Below, in pieces: positions 1 to 8,469 of a stretch of DNA of 64,000 nt (position 1 is its first letter; each line of letters starts with the position of its first letter). Below the pieces are notes generated by a model. It was not told where the DNA came from, did not search any database, and worked only from the letters and a program-made list of their open reading frames with translations. Where the stretch lies: positions 1 through 64,000 of the forward strand of contig CBDEUM010000009.1 in the NCBI GenBank assembly GCA_965242925.1, given 5' to 3'. This DNA comes from Roseibacillus sp. (lineage in GTDB: Bacteria; Verrucomicrobiota; Verrucomicrobiia; Verrucomicrobiales; Akkermansiaceae). The position numbers and the translations under genes are program-made.

Positions 1-258
1 CCTTCCAGATCATCGGAGCGGAGCTGGTTGACGTCAGCGCCGAAACCTATCGCCTAGGCGTCTGGCAGTGGAATGAGGGGCAGGATGACAACGCTGGTTC
101 AACCGTCGCCTTCGCCGCAGGTGGCGGTGGCGGGATGTTCCAGCAGAATCTCAATGGAACGCTTGGTGCCGGTGCCATTTCAATCGGCCACGATGTTTCG
201 GGCGGGCAGGTGCACTCTGCAGCCGCAGGGGGCCGCGACTACCACATCGACGTGGTGG
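1..258 (+). repeat. Intragenic direct repeat, copy 1 (truncated by window edge); copy 2 at ~1018-1275
   Basis: gaaacctatcgcctaggcgtctggcagtggaatga at 42 matches gaaacttatcgcctgggcctctggcagtggaatga at 1059 (offset 1017 nt, in frame). Similarity continues to GGRDYHIDV. Confidence 0.9.
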
Positions 259-2054
259 CCACCCGTGTTGTGACCGCCGACGGAGACGGCGACGGGTTGC
301 CGGATTCGTGGGAAACCCGCAACAACCTCGATCCAAACGACAATGGCGAAGATCCGAATAACAACGGTGTTGCGGGCGATCCAGACCAAGGCGCTGACGG
401 CGATCCGGACAACGACGGCCTGACGAATCTGGAGGAACTCAACCTCCACACCGATCCGCAAGAGGGCGATACCGACATGGATGGGCTCCTCGACGGGGTT
501 GAATCCAATACCGGGACCTGGAACGGCGCCGATGACACCGGCACCGATCCGAATAATGCCGACAGCGATGACGACGGGCTCAGCGACGGTGTCGAGAACC
601 CGGACTTGGCCCACAATCGCCTGGACCCGAGCCAGCAACCGGGCACCGACCCCAACCTCGCGGATACCGACGGCGACGGCAAGGATGACAGCGTAGAACT
701 CGCAGACGGGACGGACCCCACCAACACGAATGACCTGCTCGTGCCCACGGGTGTCCTCATCGGCGAAGGCGCGGAGCGTCCATTCACGGGAGGAACTCCC
801 GACGGCTGGTCCGGAGTCGGCGTGCTTGAGACCGCCATCATCGACGATTCGACTCTTCCCGGCGCGGGGGACCTTGTCGAGATACTCGAGGTGTCAATGT
901 TTGCCGGGGCTGGTCGCGCTGCCGGATCACACCACTTCATGCCTCTCCTCGTCGACTCCTCGAACCAGATCGCCTGGATCGGTCCGGAGCTGACCCCGAT
1001 GCAGGATGGCCACAATGTCTTTCCCATTACCGGAGCGGACCCGATTGACGTCAGCACCGAAACTTATCGCCTGGGCCTCTGGCAGTGGAATGATGGGCAG
1101 GATGACAACGCTGGTGGAACCATCGCCTTCGCCGGAGGTGGCGGCGGTGGGATGTTTTACCAGAATCTCAATGGAACGCTTGGTGCCGATGCCATCTCAA
1201 TTGGCCACGATGTTGCGGGCGGGCAGCAGCACGCTTCAGGAGCAGGGGGCCGCGACTACCATATCGATGTCTTGGTGGGTCTTTCCGAGCCCAACGTGAT
1301 CATCCTCACCGACGTCTCTTCCGATCCTGGGGCCGGAACCATCAGCTTGAGCTGGGAAAGCAAGGCCGGAGAGCTCTACAATCTGCGCAGCGAGGCCGAT
1401 CCCGCACAGATCGCAGGGGTGGCTCCCCTCGACTGGCCCATCTTCGGCGGCAACGTCGACATCGCAGCCACTCCGCCAGAGAACACCCTGACCATTCCCA
1501 TGCCCGATGACCTGACGCGGCTGTTTGTGGTTGAAGGTTTTCCGGCCCCGCCCGTGACCCTCTTCACGGATGACCTTGAGTCGGGAGCCGAGGGCTGGAC
1601 CACCGTCGTGAACGATGCCATCGGAAGCACCCGGTGGGAACTCGGATCACCCTCCGGTTCCACCGGACCCCTCGCCGGCGCCGATGACTCCGCCACTGCG
1701 TGGTCCACCAATCTCGGCGACTACGGTCCGAACTCCGACATTTCCCTGCGGTCCCCCGCCTTCGACCTGAGCGGTGTGGCCAGCGCGGAATTAACCTTCA
1801 AGGCCTTCCGCGATGCCGACGGATTTGGCGACTCCGCGGTGGTGCGCTTCCTGCGTGCTGCCGACTTCGTGCAACTGGGCGGGGAAACGGCCCTCGACAT
1901 GACAGAATTTGATGTCGGCTACACCACCCTTGAGGTTCCCGTCCCGGCGGAGGCCCTGGGCGAGAATGTGATCATCGAATGGAATTTCGTGAGCGACGGC
2001 AGCGCGGATGACTTCAGCGGACTGACCATTGACGATATCGAGGTGATCGAATAG
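1..2054 (+). CDS. Large extracellular repeat protein, 5'-truncated: duplicated beta-rich module, TSP3-like Ca-binding DxDGDG repeats, C-terminal MAM-like domain
   Basis: Frame 3 is open from the window edge (FQIIGAELVDVSAETYRLGVWQW...) into ORF 135..2054. It has many DGDGDG/DxDxDGLxD motifs, and the C-terminal LFTDDLESGAEGW...LRSPAFDLS...IDDIEV resembles MAM/adhesin-type domains. Confidence 0.75.
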   Translation, partial: FQIIGAELVDVSAETYRLGVWQWNEGQDDNAGSTVAFAAGGGGGMFQQNLNGTLGAGAISIGHDVSGGQVHSAAAGGRDYHIDVVATRVVTADGDGDGLPDSWETRNNLDPNDNGEDPNNNGVAGDPDQGADGDPDNDGLTNLEELNLHTDPQEGDTDMDGLLDGVESNTGTWNGADDTGTDPNNADSDDDGLSDGVENPDLAHNRLDPSQQPGTDPNLADTDGDGKDDSVELADGTDPTNTNDLLVPTGVLIGEGAERPFTGGTPDGWSGVGVLETAIIDDSTLPGAGDLVEILEVSMFAGAGRAAGSHHFMPLLVDSSNQIAWIGPELTPMQDGHNVFPITGADPIDVSTETYRLGLWQWNDGQDDNAGGTIAFAGGGGGGMFYQNLNGTLGADAISIGHDVAGGQQHASGAGGRDYHIDVLVGLSEPNVIILTDVSSDPGAGTISLSWESKAGELYNLRSEADPAQIAGVAPLDWPIFGGNVDIAATPPENTLTIPMPDDLTRLFVVEGFPAPPVTLFTDDLESGAEGWTTVVNDAIGSTRWELGSPSGSTGPLAGADDSATAWSTNLGDYGPNSDISLRSPAFDLSGVASAELTFKAFRDADGFGDSAVVRFLRAADFVQLGGETALDMTEFDVGYTTLEVPVPAEALGENVIIEWNFVSDGSADDFSGLTIDDIEVIE

Positions 2055-2169
2055 CCGGCAGGACTGGCCCCTGCGAGGAAGGAGCACATCTCATGGAGAC
2101 CCAGATATCGGGCAGCCAGTTTTGCTGTTTGCGCTGACAGACACTCCCGTAACCCCGGTATAAAAGTCT

Positions 2170-3440
2170 ATGAAAGCGCTCCTCGGCACCCTCTTTTGTC
2201 TGTCCCTTTTCCCGGCCCCCGGATTTGCCGAAATCTCCAAGAGCCAATTCGAACAGCTGACCGAATTATGCACCCCGGAGAAGAAATCCTCCGGTTGGCT
2301 GGACCTCAACTGGGAAATCGATCTCTGGAAAGCACGTCAACGCGCCGCCAAAGAAGGCAAGCCCATCTTCCTGTGGGAAATGGATGGGCATCCCCTCGGG
2401 TGCACCTGAAACAACGGGGTGGCGGACCGTGAGTTCGTATTCGGCCGGACTGATGTCCAGAAGCTGTTGCGGGAAAACTTCGTGGTGGTTGCTGCCGACG
2501 ATTGGTACCAGCGGCGCCAGAACGATGCCGCAGGAAGGTTTTTCCGCTCCGTGGCTGACCAAGGCCCCCGCAAAGGAGCGGGGGGGGCAACGCGACAGGG
2601 TCGCTACACTTTCAGCGCCTCTGGAAAGTTGTTGGGATTCAACAACAATCGAGATCCCCGACGAATGATATCAATGCTGCAGGACAGCCTGCGCAAGTTC
2701 CGGGCCCTCCCGCCCACCGAGCGCACACCTGGTGCCGTGCAGGTTCCACCCCTGCCCTTCAGTGCACGCGACCAGCGCTACACCCGGGCTCTCCCCAAGG
2801 ACATCATCCCTGTCAAGGTCCATGCCCGTGTCCTGACGGAAAACGGCCAGGGTGAATACGCCGCTTGCGGACAACCGGGGACCAACACCGAAACCTACCG
2901 GCACAGTGGCTTCGGAGTTGCCACTGATCACCTCTGGATCAAGAAAGTGGAACTCGGAGCAGTTGAGCAAGGCTCGCCCGGGAAAAGCCCGGACAGAAAG
3001 TGTCCGATTTACTCGCCATGCGTATTGCCCGCTTCCACCTCGTGGACAATACCCGTGGTGAACCACCCCACTGGCGCAGGGACGAAGTCCGCAAACTCGA
3101 ATGCAGGACCAGCCCGATGACAACTGCCTCCGGGGCTCCTTACAGGAATGCCTTCCGCATCGCAGGAAAATTCCACCTGGAGACCAAGGATGGCAAGCGA
3201 GGCTACCAGGGTGAAATCGACGGTTACATGCGCACTCATGTCAATACCGGGGAGTTCGATCTCCACCTAGTCGCCCTCGGTGATCACTGGGGCGAAGGCC
3301 CATACACGCGGGGTGCTCGTTCCGGTAAAAATCCTCTGGCAATTGTCTTCACCGCCGCGGACCGCAGCATAATCCAAAATCAAATCCCCCCCCAGGCTGC
3401 CCGTTGGGAACAGGGCTACTTCGAGGCTCATCGGCACTAG
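2170..3440 (+). CDS. Putative exported thioredoxin-like selenoprotein (CxU motif, in-frame TGA at 2407-2409) with a probable sequencing frameshift near 2955-2966
   Basis: ORFs 2170..2409 and 2419..3120 are in one frame, separated only by TGA-AAC-AAC-GGG, giving WEMDGHPLGCT-U-NNGVADREFVF...VQKLLRENFVVV. There is an N-terminal signal peptide, a hairpin right after the TGA, and a protein-like continuation in frame 3 (3000..3440). Confidence 0.7.
2410..2435 (+). promoter_or_regulatory. Candidate bacterial SECIS hairpin
   Basis: AAC-a-ACGG-gg-T [GGCGG loop] A-CCGT-ga-GTT can pair directly 3' of the in-frame UGA, with a G-rich apical loop. Folded by eye only. Confidence 0.45.
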
Positions 3441-3615
3441 TTCGCATGCAACTTCGCGTGGTGACGGATTCGTCTTCTTCAACAAATGCGGGGTCAAGCT
3501 GCCAGAGATCGAATACGACGCCCACCCATGGAAGAGAGGTCACAAACTCTTTCTGATTGCACCGCGCCCTGAGAATGCGGAACGTGCCCGGTAGAACCTT
3601 ATCTTGCCCAGTCCC

Positions 3616-4368
3616 ATGAAGAGATTCCTTGCCCTTGCATTCATCTGCGCCCTCCCGCTCACCTCCCCCGCCGACACCAAGTCAGGCGAACAGAAGGAGA
3701 AGGTGGACGCCCCGTGGCCCAGTCACTACTCCAAGGGACGCAAGACTTTCGATGGAACCGGCAAGCATTACATGGGCCGGGAGATTTCCTACGTGATGGG
3801 CCACCAGGCCATCCGCTGGCTGGAGCGTGCCAACCGCGAGGAAGAGGAAGCGCCCAGCAAGGCGATCGCAGCCCTCAACCTGAAGCCCACTGACGTCATC
3901 GCCGACATCGGGGCCGGCTCCGGCTACTACACCTTCCGCCTCGCTCCCCTCGTGCCCAAGGGCAGGGTGATCGCGGTTGATATCCAGCCCGAAATGATCA
4001 CCTTCCTTGAGACAAAGGAAAAGAAACTGGGACTGACCAACGTGGAAGCCCACCTCGGGGAGATCGATGACACCAGGCTCAAACCCAACTCGATCAATGC
4101 CGCCCTCATGGTCGATGCCTACCACGAATTCTCCCACCCGCGGGAGATGATGGAGTCCCTCTTCAAGGCCCTCAAGCCGGGCGGTCGCATCATCCTGCTG
4201 GAATACCGCGCCGAGGATCCCACCGTTCCGATCAAGCCGCTCCACAAAATGACTGAGGCACAGTCACGCAAGGAGATGGAAGTCGTCGGATTGAAGTGGA
4301 AGAGCACGGACTCCAAGCTGCTTCCCTGGCAGCACTTGATGATCTTCGAGAAACCGCCGAAGAAGTAA
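3616..4368 (+). CDS. Class I SAM-dependent methyltransferase with N-terminal signal peptide
   Basis: VIADIGAGSGYY motif I, VIAVDIQPEM, VDAYHEF, LKPGGR. N-terminus MKRFLALAFICALPLTSPA. Confidence 0.85.
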   Translation: MKRFLALAFICALPLTSPADTKSGEQKEKVDAPWPSHYSKGRKTFDGTGKHYMGREISYVMGHQAIRWLERANREEEEAPSKAIAALNLKPTDVIADIGAGSGYYTFRLAPLVPKGRVIAVDIQPEMITFLETKEKKLGLTNVEAHLGEIDDTRLKPNSINAALMVDAYHEFSHPREMMESLFKALKPGGRIILLEYRAEDPTVPIKPLHKMTEAQSRKEMEVVGLKWKSTDSKLLPWQHLMIFEKPPKK

Positions 4369-4555
4369 CCTGATCTCGCAACGATTGGGGAAAATCGGGG
4401 TGAAGGTTAATACGTAAAAAATCCTCCGCTGCTTCCGGAGAAGTCCTTTCCTCTCACAGGAAAAGACACCTCGTCCGTTTACTCCCTAATCTCATTCTGC
4501 TCCATTTGGTTCTTGCCGTAAAGGGTTAGAATTTGCCAATTATCAATGAGACCAA

Positions 4556-4696
4556 ATGAACTCCACAAGCAAGATCCTGAAAGTTGTGTTCCTCCTTGGC
4601 AGTCTCATTGCCTTCTCCGCCCTGACCTCCTGCGAAACCATGGCGGGTATCGGACGTGATCTGCAGAATGCCTCCCAGGCTGCGCAGAACAGGTAG
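4556..4696 (+). CDS. Entericidin EcnA/B-family small lipoprotein (46 aa, not in the ORF track)
   Basis: Manual translation MNSTSKILKVVFLLGSLIAFSALTSCETMAGIGRDLQNASQAAQNR*: lipobox LTSC followed by C-x-T-x-x-G-x-G-x-D. The upstream region is AT-rich. Confidence 0.8.
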   Translation: MNSTSKILKVVFLLGSLIAFSALTSCETMAGIGRDLQNASQAAQNR

Positions 4697-4911
4697 CACT
4701 TGCTACTTCCGCAGTGCCCAGCATCCCCGCTCCCGCAGTGGAGACTCCCGTAGTGCCACGGCCCATCCAGCGCTGATCACCTTCCCGGCCTATTTCCCCG
4801 GAATCCTCCGGGAGGGCGCCAATTTCTGTCGGCAGGGGAAGAGACGGTCCGGTGGGTCCGGATCGGTTGCAGGGTTTGCCCAACTTTCCAACGTAGCCTA
4901 GGCTCGCACCC

Positions 4912-6018
4912 GTGAGCGACGTTCCCGAAAGCCCCCCCCGCTCCTGGGCCGAGGTCGATCTCTCCGCCCTGCGCCACAACCTGGTGGCGGCAAGGGGGCT
5001 GAGCGACCAGCAGGTCATGGCGGTGGTCAAGGCGAGCGCCTACGGCCACGGTCTGGAAGCCGTGGCCTGCGCCCTGGAACAGGAAGAGATCGCATTTTTC
5101 GGGGTGGCCAATGTCGGGGAGGCCCGCCGCCTTTCAAAGACCGGGGTCCGGACGCCAATCTACCTCCTGGGAGGAACCTTCCCCACCGAACGGGAAGAGG
5201 TAGTGGCTCAGCGCTGGCTGCCCTGCCTCAATACCATGGAAGAAGCACGCCACTTTGACGAACTTGCCCGCAATGGAGGCACCGTTGTGGAAGCCCACCT
5301 CACGGTGGACACCGGGATGGGACGGGGTGGCTTTCTCCCAGGCGACGCACCAGCGGCCCTGGAGGCCATCCGGACCCTCCCCGGAATCCAGGTCACCGGA
5401 CTTGGTTCCCACCTTCCCTCCGCCGACGAGGATAGCGAGTTCACACACGACCAGTTCGAAGCCTTCGACTCCCTGGTCGAGTCCCTTCCCCGCCGAAACG
5501 AACTGAGACACGTCCATCTGGCCAATTCAGCCGGTCTCCTCGGCTACCGGTCCCGCACCACCACCCTGGTGCGGCCGGGGCTGCTCCTCTACGGCGTCTC
5601 ACCCCTGGACGGGCACGGCACCACCCTGCGCACCGTGATGACCCTCAAGTCGCGGGTCGCCGTCATTCGGGACCTCCCGGCCGGGCACGGCATCTCCTAC
5701 GGACGGACCCACGTCACCACCCGTCCCACCAGAGTGGGCACGATCGGGATCGGCTACGGCGACGGCTACCCCCGTGCGCTCTCCAACCACATGCCCGAAG
5801 TTTTTATTCGTGGACACCGGGCTCCCCTTCTCGGCCGCGTAACCATGGATCAGGTCATGGTCGACCTCACCGATCATCCCGGCTGCGACACGGGTGACGA
5901 AGTGGAGCTTTTCGGTCCCAATATTCCTGTCGAGGAAGTGGCCAGCAGGGCCGGAACCATCCCCTGGGAAGTCTTCACCAGCATTACTCCACGGGTGGAG
6001 CGGGTTTACTCCGGGTGA
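4912..6018 (+). CDS. alr: Alanine racemase
   Basis: MAVVKASAYGHG (PLP lysine), VDTGMGRGG, HLANSAG, GYGDGYPR, GRVTMDQ. Confidence 0.97.
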   Translation: MSDVPESPPRSWAEVDLSALRHNLVAARGLSDQQVMAVVKASAYGHGLEAVACALEQEEIAFFGVANVGEARRLSKTGVRTPIYLLGGTFPTEREEVVAQRWLPCLNTMEEARHFDELARNGGTVVEAHLTVDTGMGRGGFLPGDAPAALEAIRTLPGIQVTGLGSHLPSADEDSEFTHDQFEAFDSLVESLPRRNELRHVHLANSAGLLGYRSRTTTLVRPGLLLYGVSPLDGHGTTLRTVMTLKSRVAVIRDLPAGHGISYGRTHVTTRPTRVGTIGIGYGDGYPRALSNHMPEVFIRGHRAPLLGRVTMDQVMVDLTDHPGCDTGDEVELFGPNIPVEEVASRAGTIPWEVFTSITPRVERVYSG

Positions 6019-6062
6019 CCTCGAACCTGGATGAGCCCGTTCATTATCAAAGCCTGGGGCCG

Positions 6063-6836
6063 CTAGTTTCCAACCTCCGGGCGCACCGGAATTCCCCGCT
6101 CCTGCAGGTAGGTCTTTGTTTCCGACACCGTAAACTCCCCGAAGTGGAAGATGCTGGCCGCCAGGACGGCATCAGCATTGCCCTCCCCCAGGACCTCCAC
6201 CATGTGATCGAGAGTTCCGCAACCACCGCTCGCAATGACAGGAATGCCCACCGCATCGCTCACCGCCCGGGTGAGTTCGATGTCGTAACCGTCCTTGGTG
6301 CCGTCCGCATCCATACTGGTGAGGAGGATTTCGCCCGCGCCGCGATTGTAAACTTCACGGGCCCACTCGATGGCATCCAGGCCCTCCACCGGATTCCGTC
6401 CGCCATGCGTGTAAACACCCCACTGGCCCGGTCCCTGGCGCTTGGCATCGATGGCCACCACGATGCATTGGCTCCCAAAGGTGCCGGCTCCTTCGTCCAC
6501 CACCTCAGGACGATTGATGGCAGCGGTATTGACTCCCACCTTGTCGGCCCCGGCCAGAAGCATGCGCCGCATGTCCTCCACCACCCGGATTCCGCCACCA
6601 ACGGTAAGGGGCACAAAGCAGCGTTCCGCGGTCTTGCGCACGACCTCCACCATTGTCTCGCGTTCGTCGGAGGAAGCCGTGATATCAAGAAAGACAATCT
6701 CATCAGCCTCCTGTTCGTTGTAGGCCACCGCACAGTCAACCGGGTCCCCCGCGTCACGCAGGTCGACAAAATTGACCCCCTTCACCACCCGACCATCGGT
6801 CACGTCAAGACAGGGAATGATACGTTTGGCCAGCAT
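6063..6836 (-). CDS. hisF: Imidazole glycerol phosphate synthase cyclase subunit
   Basis: [50 protein letters not shown]. Confidence 0.98.
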   Translation of the reverse strand: MLAKRIIPCLDVTDGRVVKGVNFVDLRDAGDPVDCAVAYNEQEADEIVFLDITASSDERETMVEVVRKTAERCFVPLTVGGGIRVVEDMRRMLLAGADKVGVNTAAINRPEVVDEGAGTFGSQCIVVAIDAKRQGPGQWGVYTHGGRNPVEGLDAIEWAREVYNRGAGEILLTSMDADGTKDGYDIELTRAVSDAVGIPVIASGGCGTLDHMVEVLGEGNADAVLAASIFHFGEFTVSETKTYLQERGIPVRPEVGN

Positions 6837-6922
6837 GCGGACGCCGCGACTATGACCGATTCACACCACTTGCCAACCCTCAGGCGGCTTTCCTCCCGGA
6901 CCTGCCTGCGGACACCGCCAGG

Positions 6923-7723
6923 CTACTTCCAGCCAAAGTAGACCATGGCCGTAATTCCCACCACGAAACAGTAATAGGCAAAGTACTCGAACTTGCCTTT
7001 CCTGATCGTCTTGAGGACGAGGTAGACCGCAAGGAGACCGGAGAGAAAGGCGGCCACGAATCCACAGACATAGGCCGCCGCCGCATCGCTCTGCGCCACT
7101 GCCTGCAGATCCTTCAGCTTCACCAGGGTGCCTCCGCCGATGGCCGGCAGAAACATGAGAAAGGAAAACTCCGCTGCCTTTGAAGCCCGCGCCCCGGAAA
7201 GAAGACCCGCCGTGATGGTGGCCCCGCTCCGCGAGATTCCCGGCAGGATGGCCAGGGACTGGGCCACGCCCATCCAGATCGCATGCTTGAGACCGAACTC
7301 CTCTTCCCTCGGACGAACCAGCTTGGGCAGGAGCAGGATCACTCCCGTCCCAAGCAGACAGCCCCCCACCAGAACTGGATAAGCGTAGGCTCCTTCGAAA
7401 AAGCTCTTGGCGCTGAAGAAGGCGAGGGTGGCCGGGATGGTCGCAATGATGAGCCAGAGAATCATCTTCCGTTCCTCGATCCGTTCCTTCTGCCACAAAC
7501 TGAGAAGCAGACCCACCAGACGGTGTCGAAAATAGAGGATTACACTCAGGAAAGTGCCAAGGTGCAGGACCAGTTCAAAGGTGATGTCCTGCTGAGCCCC
7601 GGCGCCCGCTTCCCGCATGCCCAGGGCGTGCTGCAGCAATGCGATGTGCCCCGAGGAGGAGATGGGCAGAAACTCCGAGAGCCCCTGCACGATTCCCACC
7701 ACGATTGCTTTCCAGATCTCCAT
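6923..7723 (-). CDS. uppP: Undecaprenyl-diphosphate phosphatase (BacA/UppP)
   Basis: GIVQGLSEFLPISSSGH, PGISRSGATI, AAEFSFL; multiple TM segments. Confidence 0.95.
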   Translation of the reverse strand: MEIWKAIVVGIVQGLSEFLPISSSGHIALLQHALGMREAGAGAQQDITFELVLHLGTFLSVILYFRHRLVGLLLSLWQKERIEERKMILWLIIATIPATLAFFSAKSFFEGAYAYPVLVGGCLLGTGVILLLPKLVRPREEEFGLKHAIWMGVAQSLAILPGISRSGATITAGLLSGARASKAAEFSFLMFLPAIGGGTLVKLKDLQAVAQSDAAAAYVCGFVAAFLSGLLAVYLVLKTIRKGKFEYFAYYCFVVGITAMVYFGWK

Positions 7724-7860
7724 GTCTTTAGGATTGTAAGGGTGGGAGTTACGCAACGGAGGGCGACGGCCTCAAGCGGGGATGTTTCCGGAACCGGAGA
7801 ATGCTTCTCCCCGATTCCTGGTGACACGTCCTTTCCGGAGCAGATCGTAACAGCAAACCA

Positions 7861-8469
7861 TTATGCCTCGTCCTGTTCCTTGTCCGCCTTGGACGCCGCT
7901 TCACTACGAAACGTTGAAAGAATCAGGAAAAAAGCTGCCACGCATATACAGGAATCCGCCACATTGAACGAGGGCCAATGTCCTTCAGAGGCGGGAAACA
8001 GCTTTCCGTAGAGCCCGATTCTGAAATCGAGAAAATCCACGACGTAGCCCTGCGAAAGGCGGGAGAAGAATCCCTCCTCCCGGTAGGCTGGCAGGACAAA
8101 TCCCTGCAGGACCCGATCGGTGAGATTCCCCAGGATTCCTGCTATCAGCAATCCTGCCGCCAGTCGCAGAAGAAGGGTATCAAAGGCCCCCCGCTTCCAG
8201 AAGTGGAGAAGGGCTCCCAGCGCAACGACCGCAATCACGAAAAATACAACCGGCGCCCAGGGGGTTCCATTGCCCAGCCCGAAGGCCGCTCCCTGGTTGT
8301 GCACGCGCACGATCGTAAAGAAGTTCTCCACCACCACGTGGGACTCCTGCGAAAAGTTGGATCCTGGCGCGGGCGGAGAAAAGTTCCAGACTACCAGCCA
8401 CTTGGAAACCTGATCGAGCAGGTAGAGTGGCAGGACAAATGCCAGGAGCAGGCGCCGGAGGGAATTCAT
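7861..8469 (-). CDS. lspA: Lipoprotein signal peptidase II
   Basis: LDQVSK, HNQGAAFG, GILGNLTDR, VVDFLD, WPSFNVADSCI. Start overlaps the ileS stop (ATGA). Confidence 0.95.
   Translation of the reverse strand: MNSLRRLLLAFVLPLYLLDQVSKWLVVWNFSPPAPGSNFSQESHVVVENFFTIVRVHNQGAAFGLGNGTPWAPVVFFVIAVVALGALLHFWKRGAFDTLLLRLAAGLLIAGILGNLTDRVLQGFVLPAYREEGFFSRLSQGYVVDFLDFRIGLYGKLFPASEGHWPSFNVADSCICVAAFFLILSTFRSEAASKADKEQDEA

Noticed and set aside
1..1275. Diversity-generating retroelement TR/VR pair
   Set aside because: Both copies are in frame in one CDS, the differences are not limited to adenines, and there is no reverse transcriptase in the window.
2407..2409. Genome-wide TGA reassignment as the cause of read-through
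   Set aside because: alr, thrC, argD, argF, lepA and tdh end at TGA at their expected C-termini, and conserved genes have no internal TGA. The tRNA-Cys here has a normal GCA anticodon.
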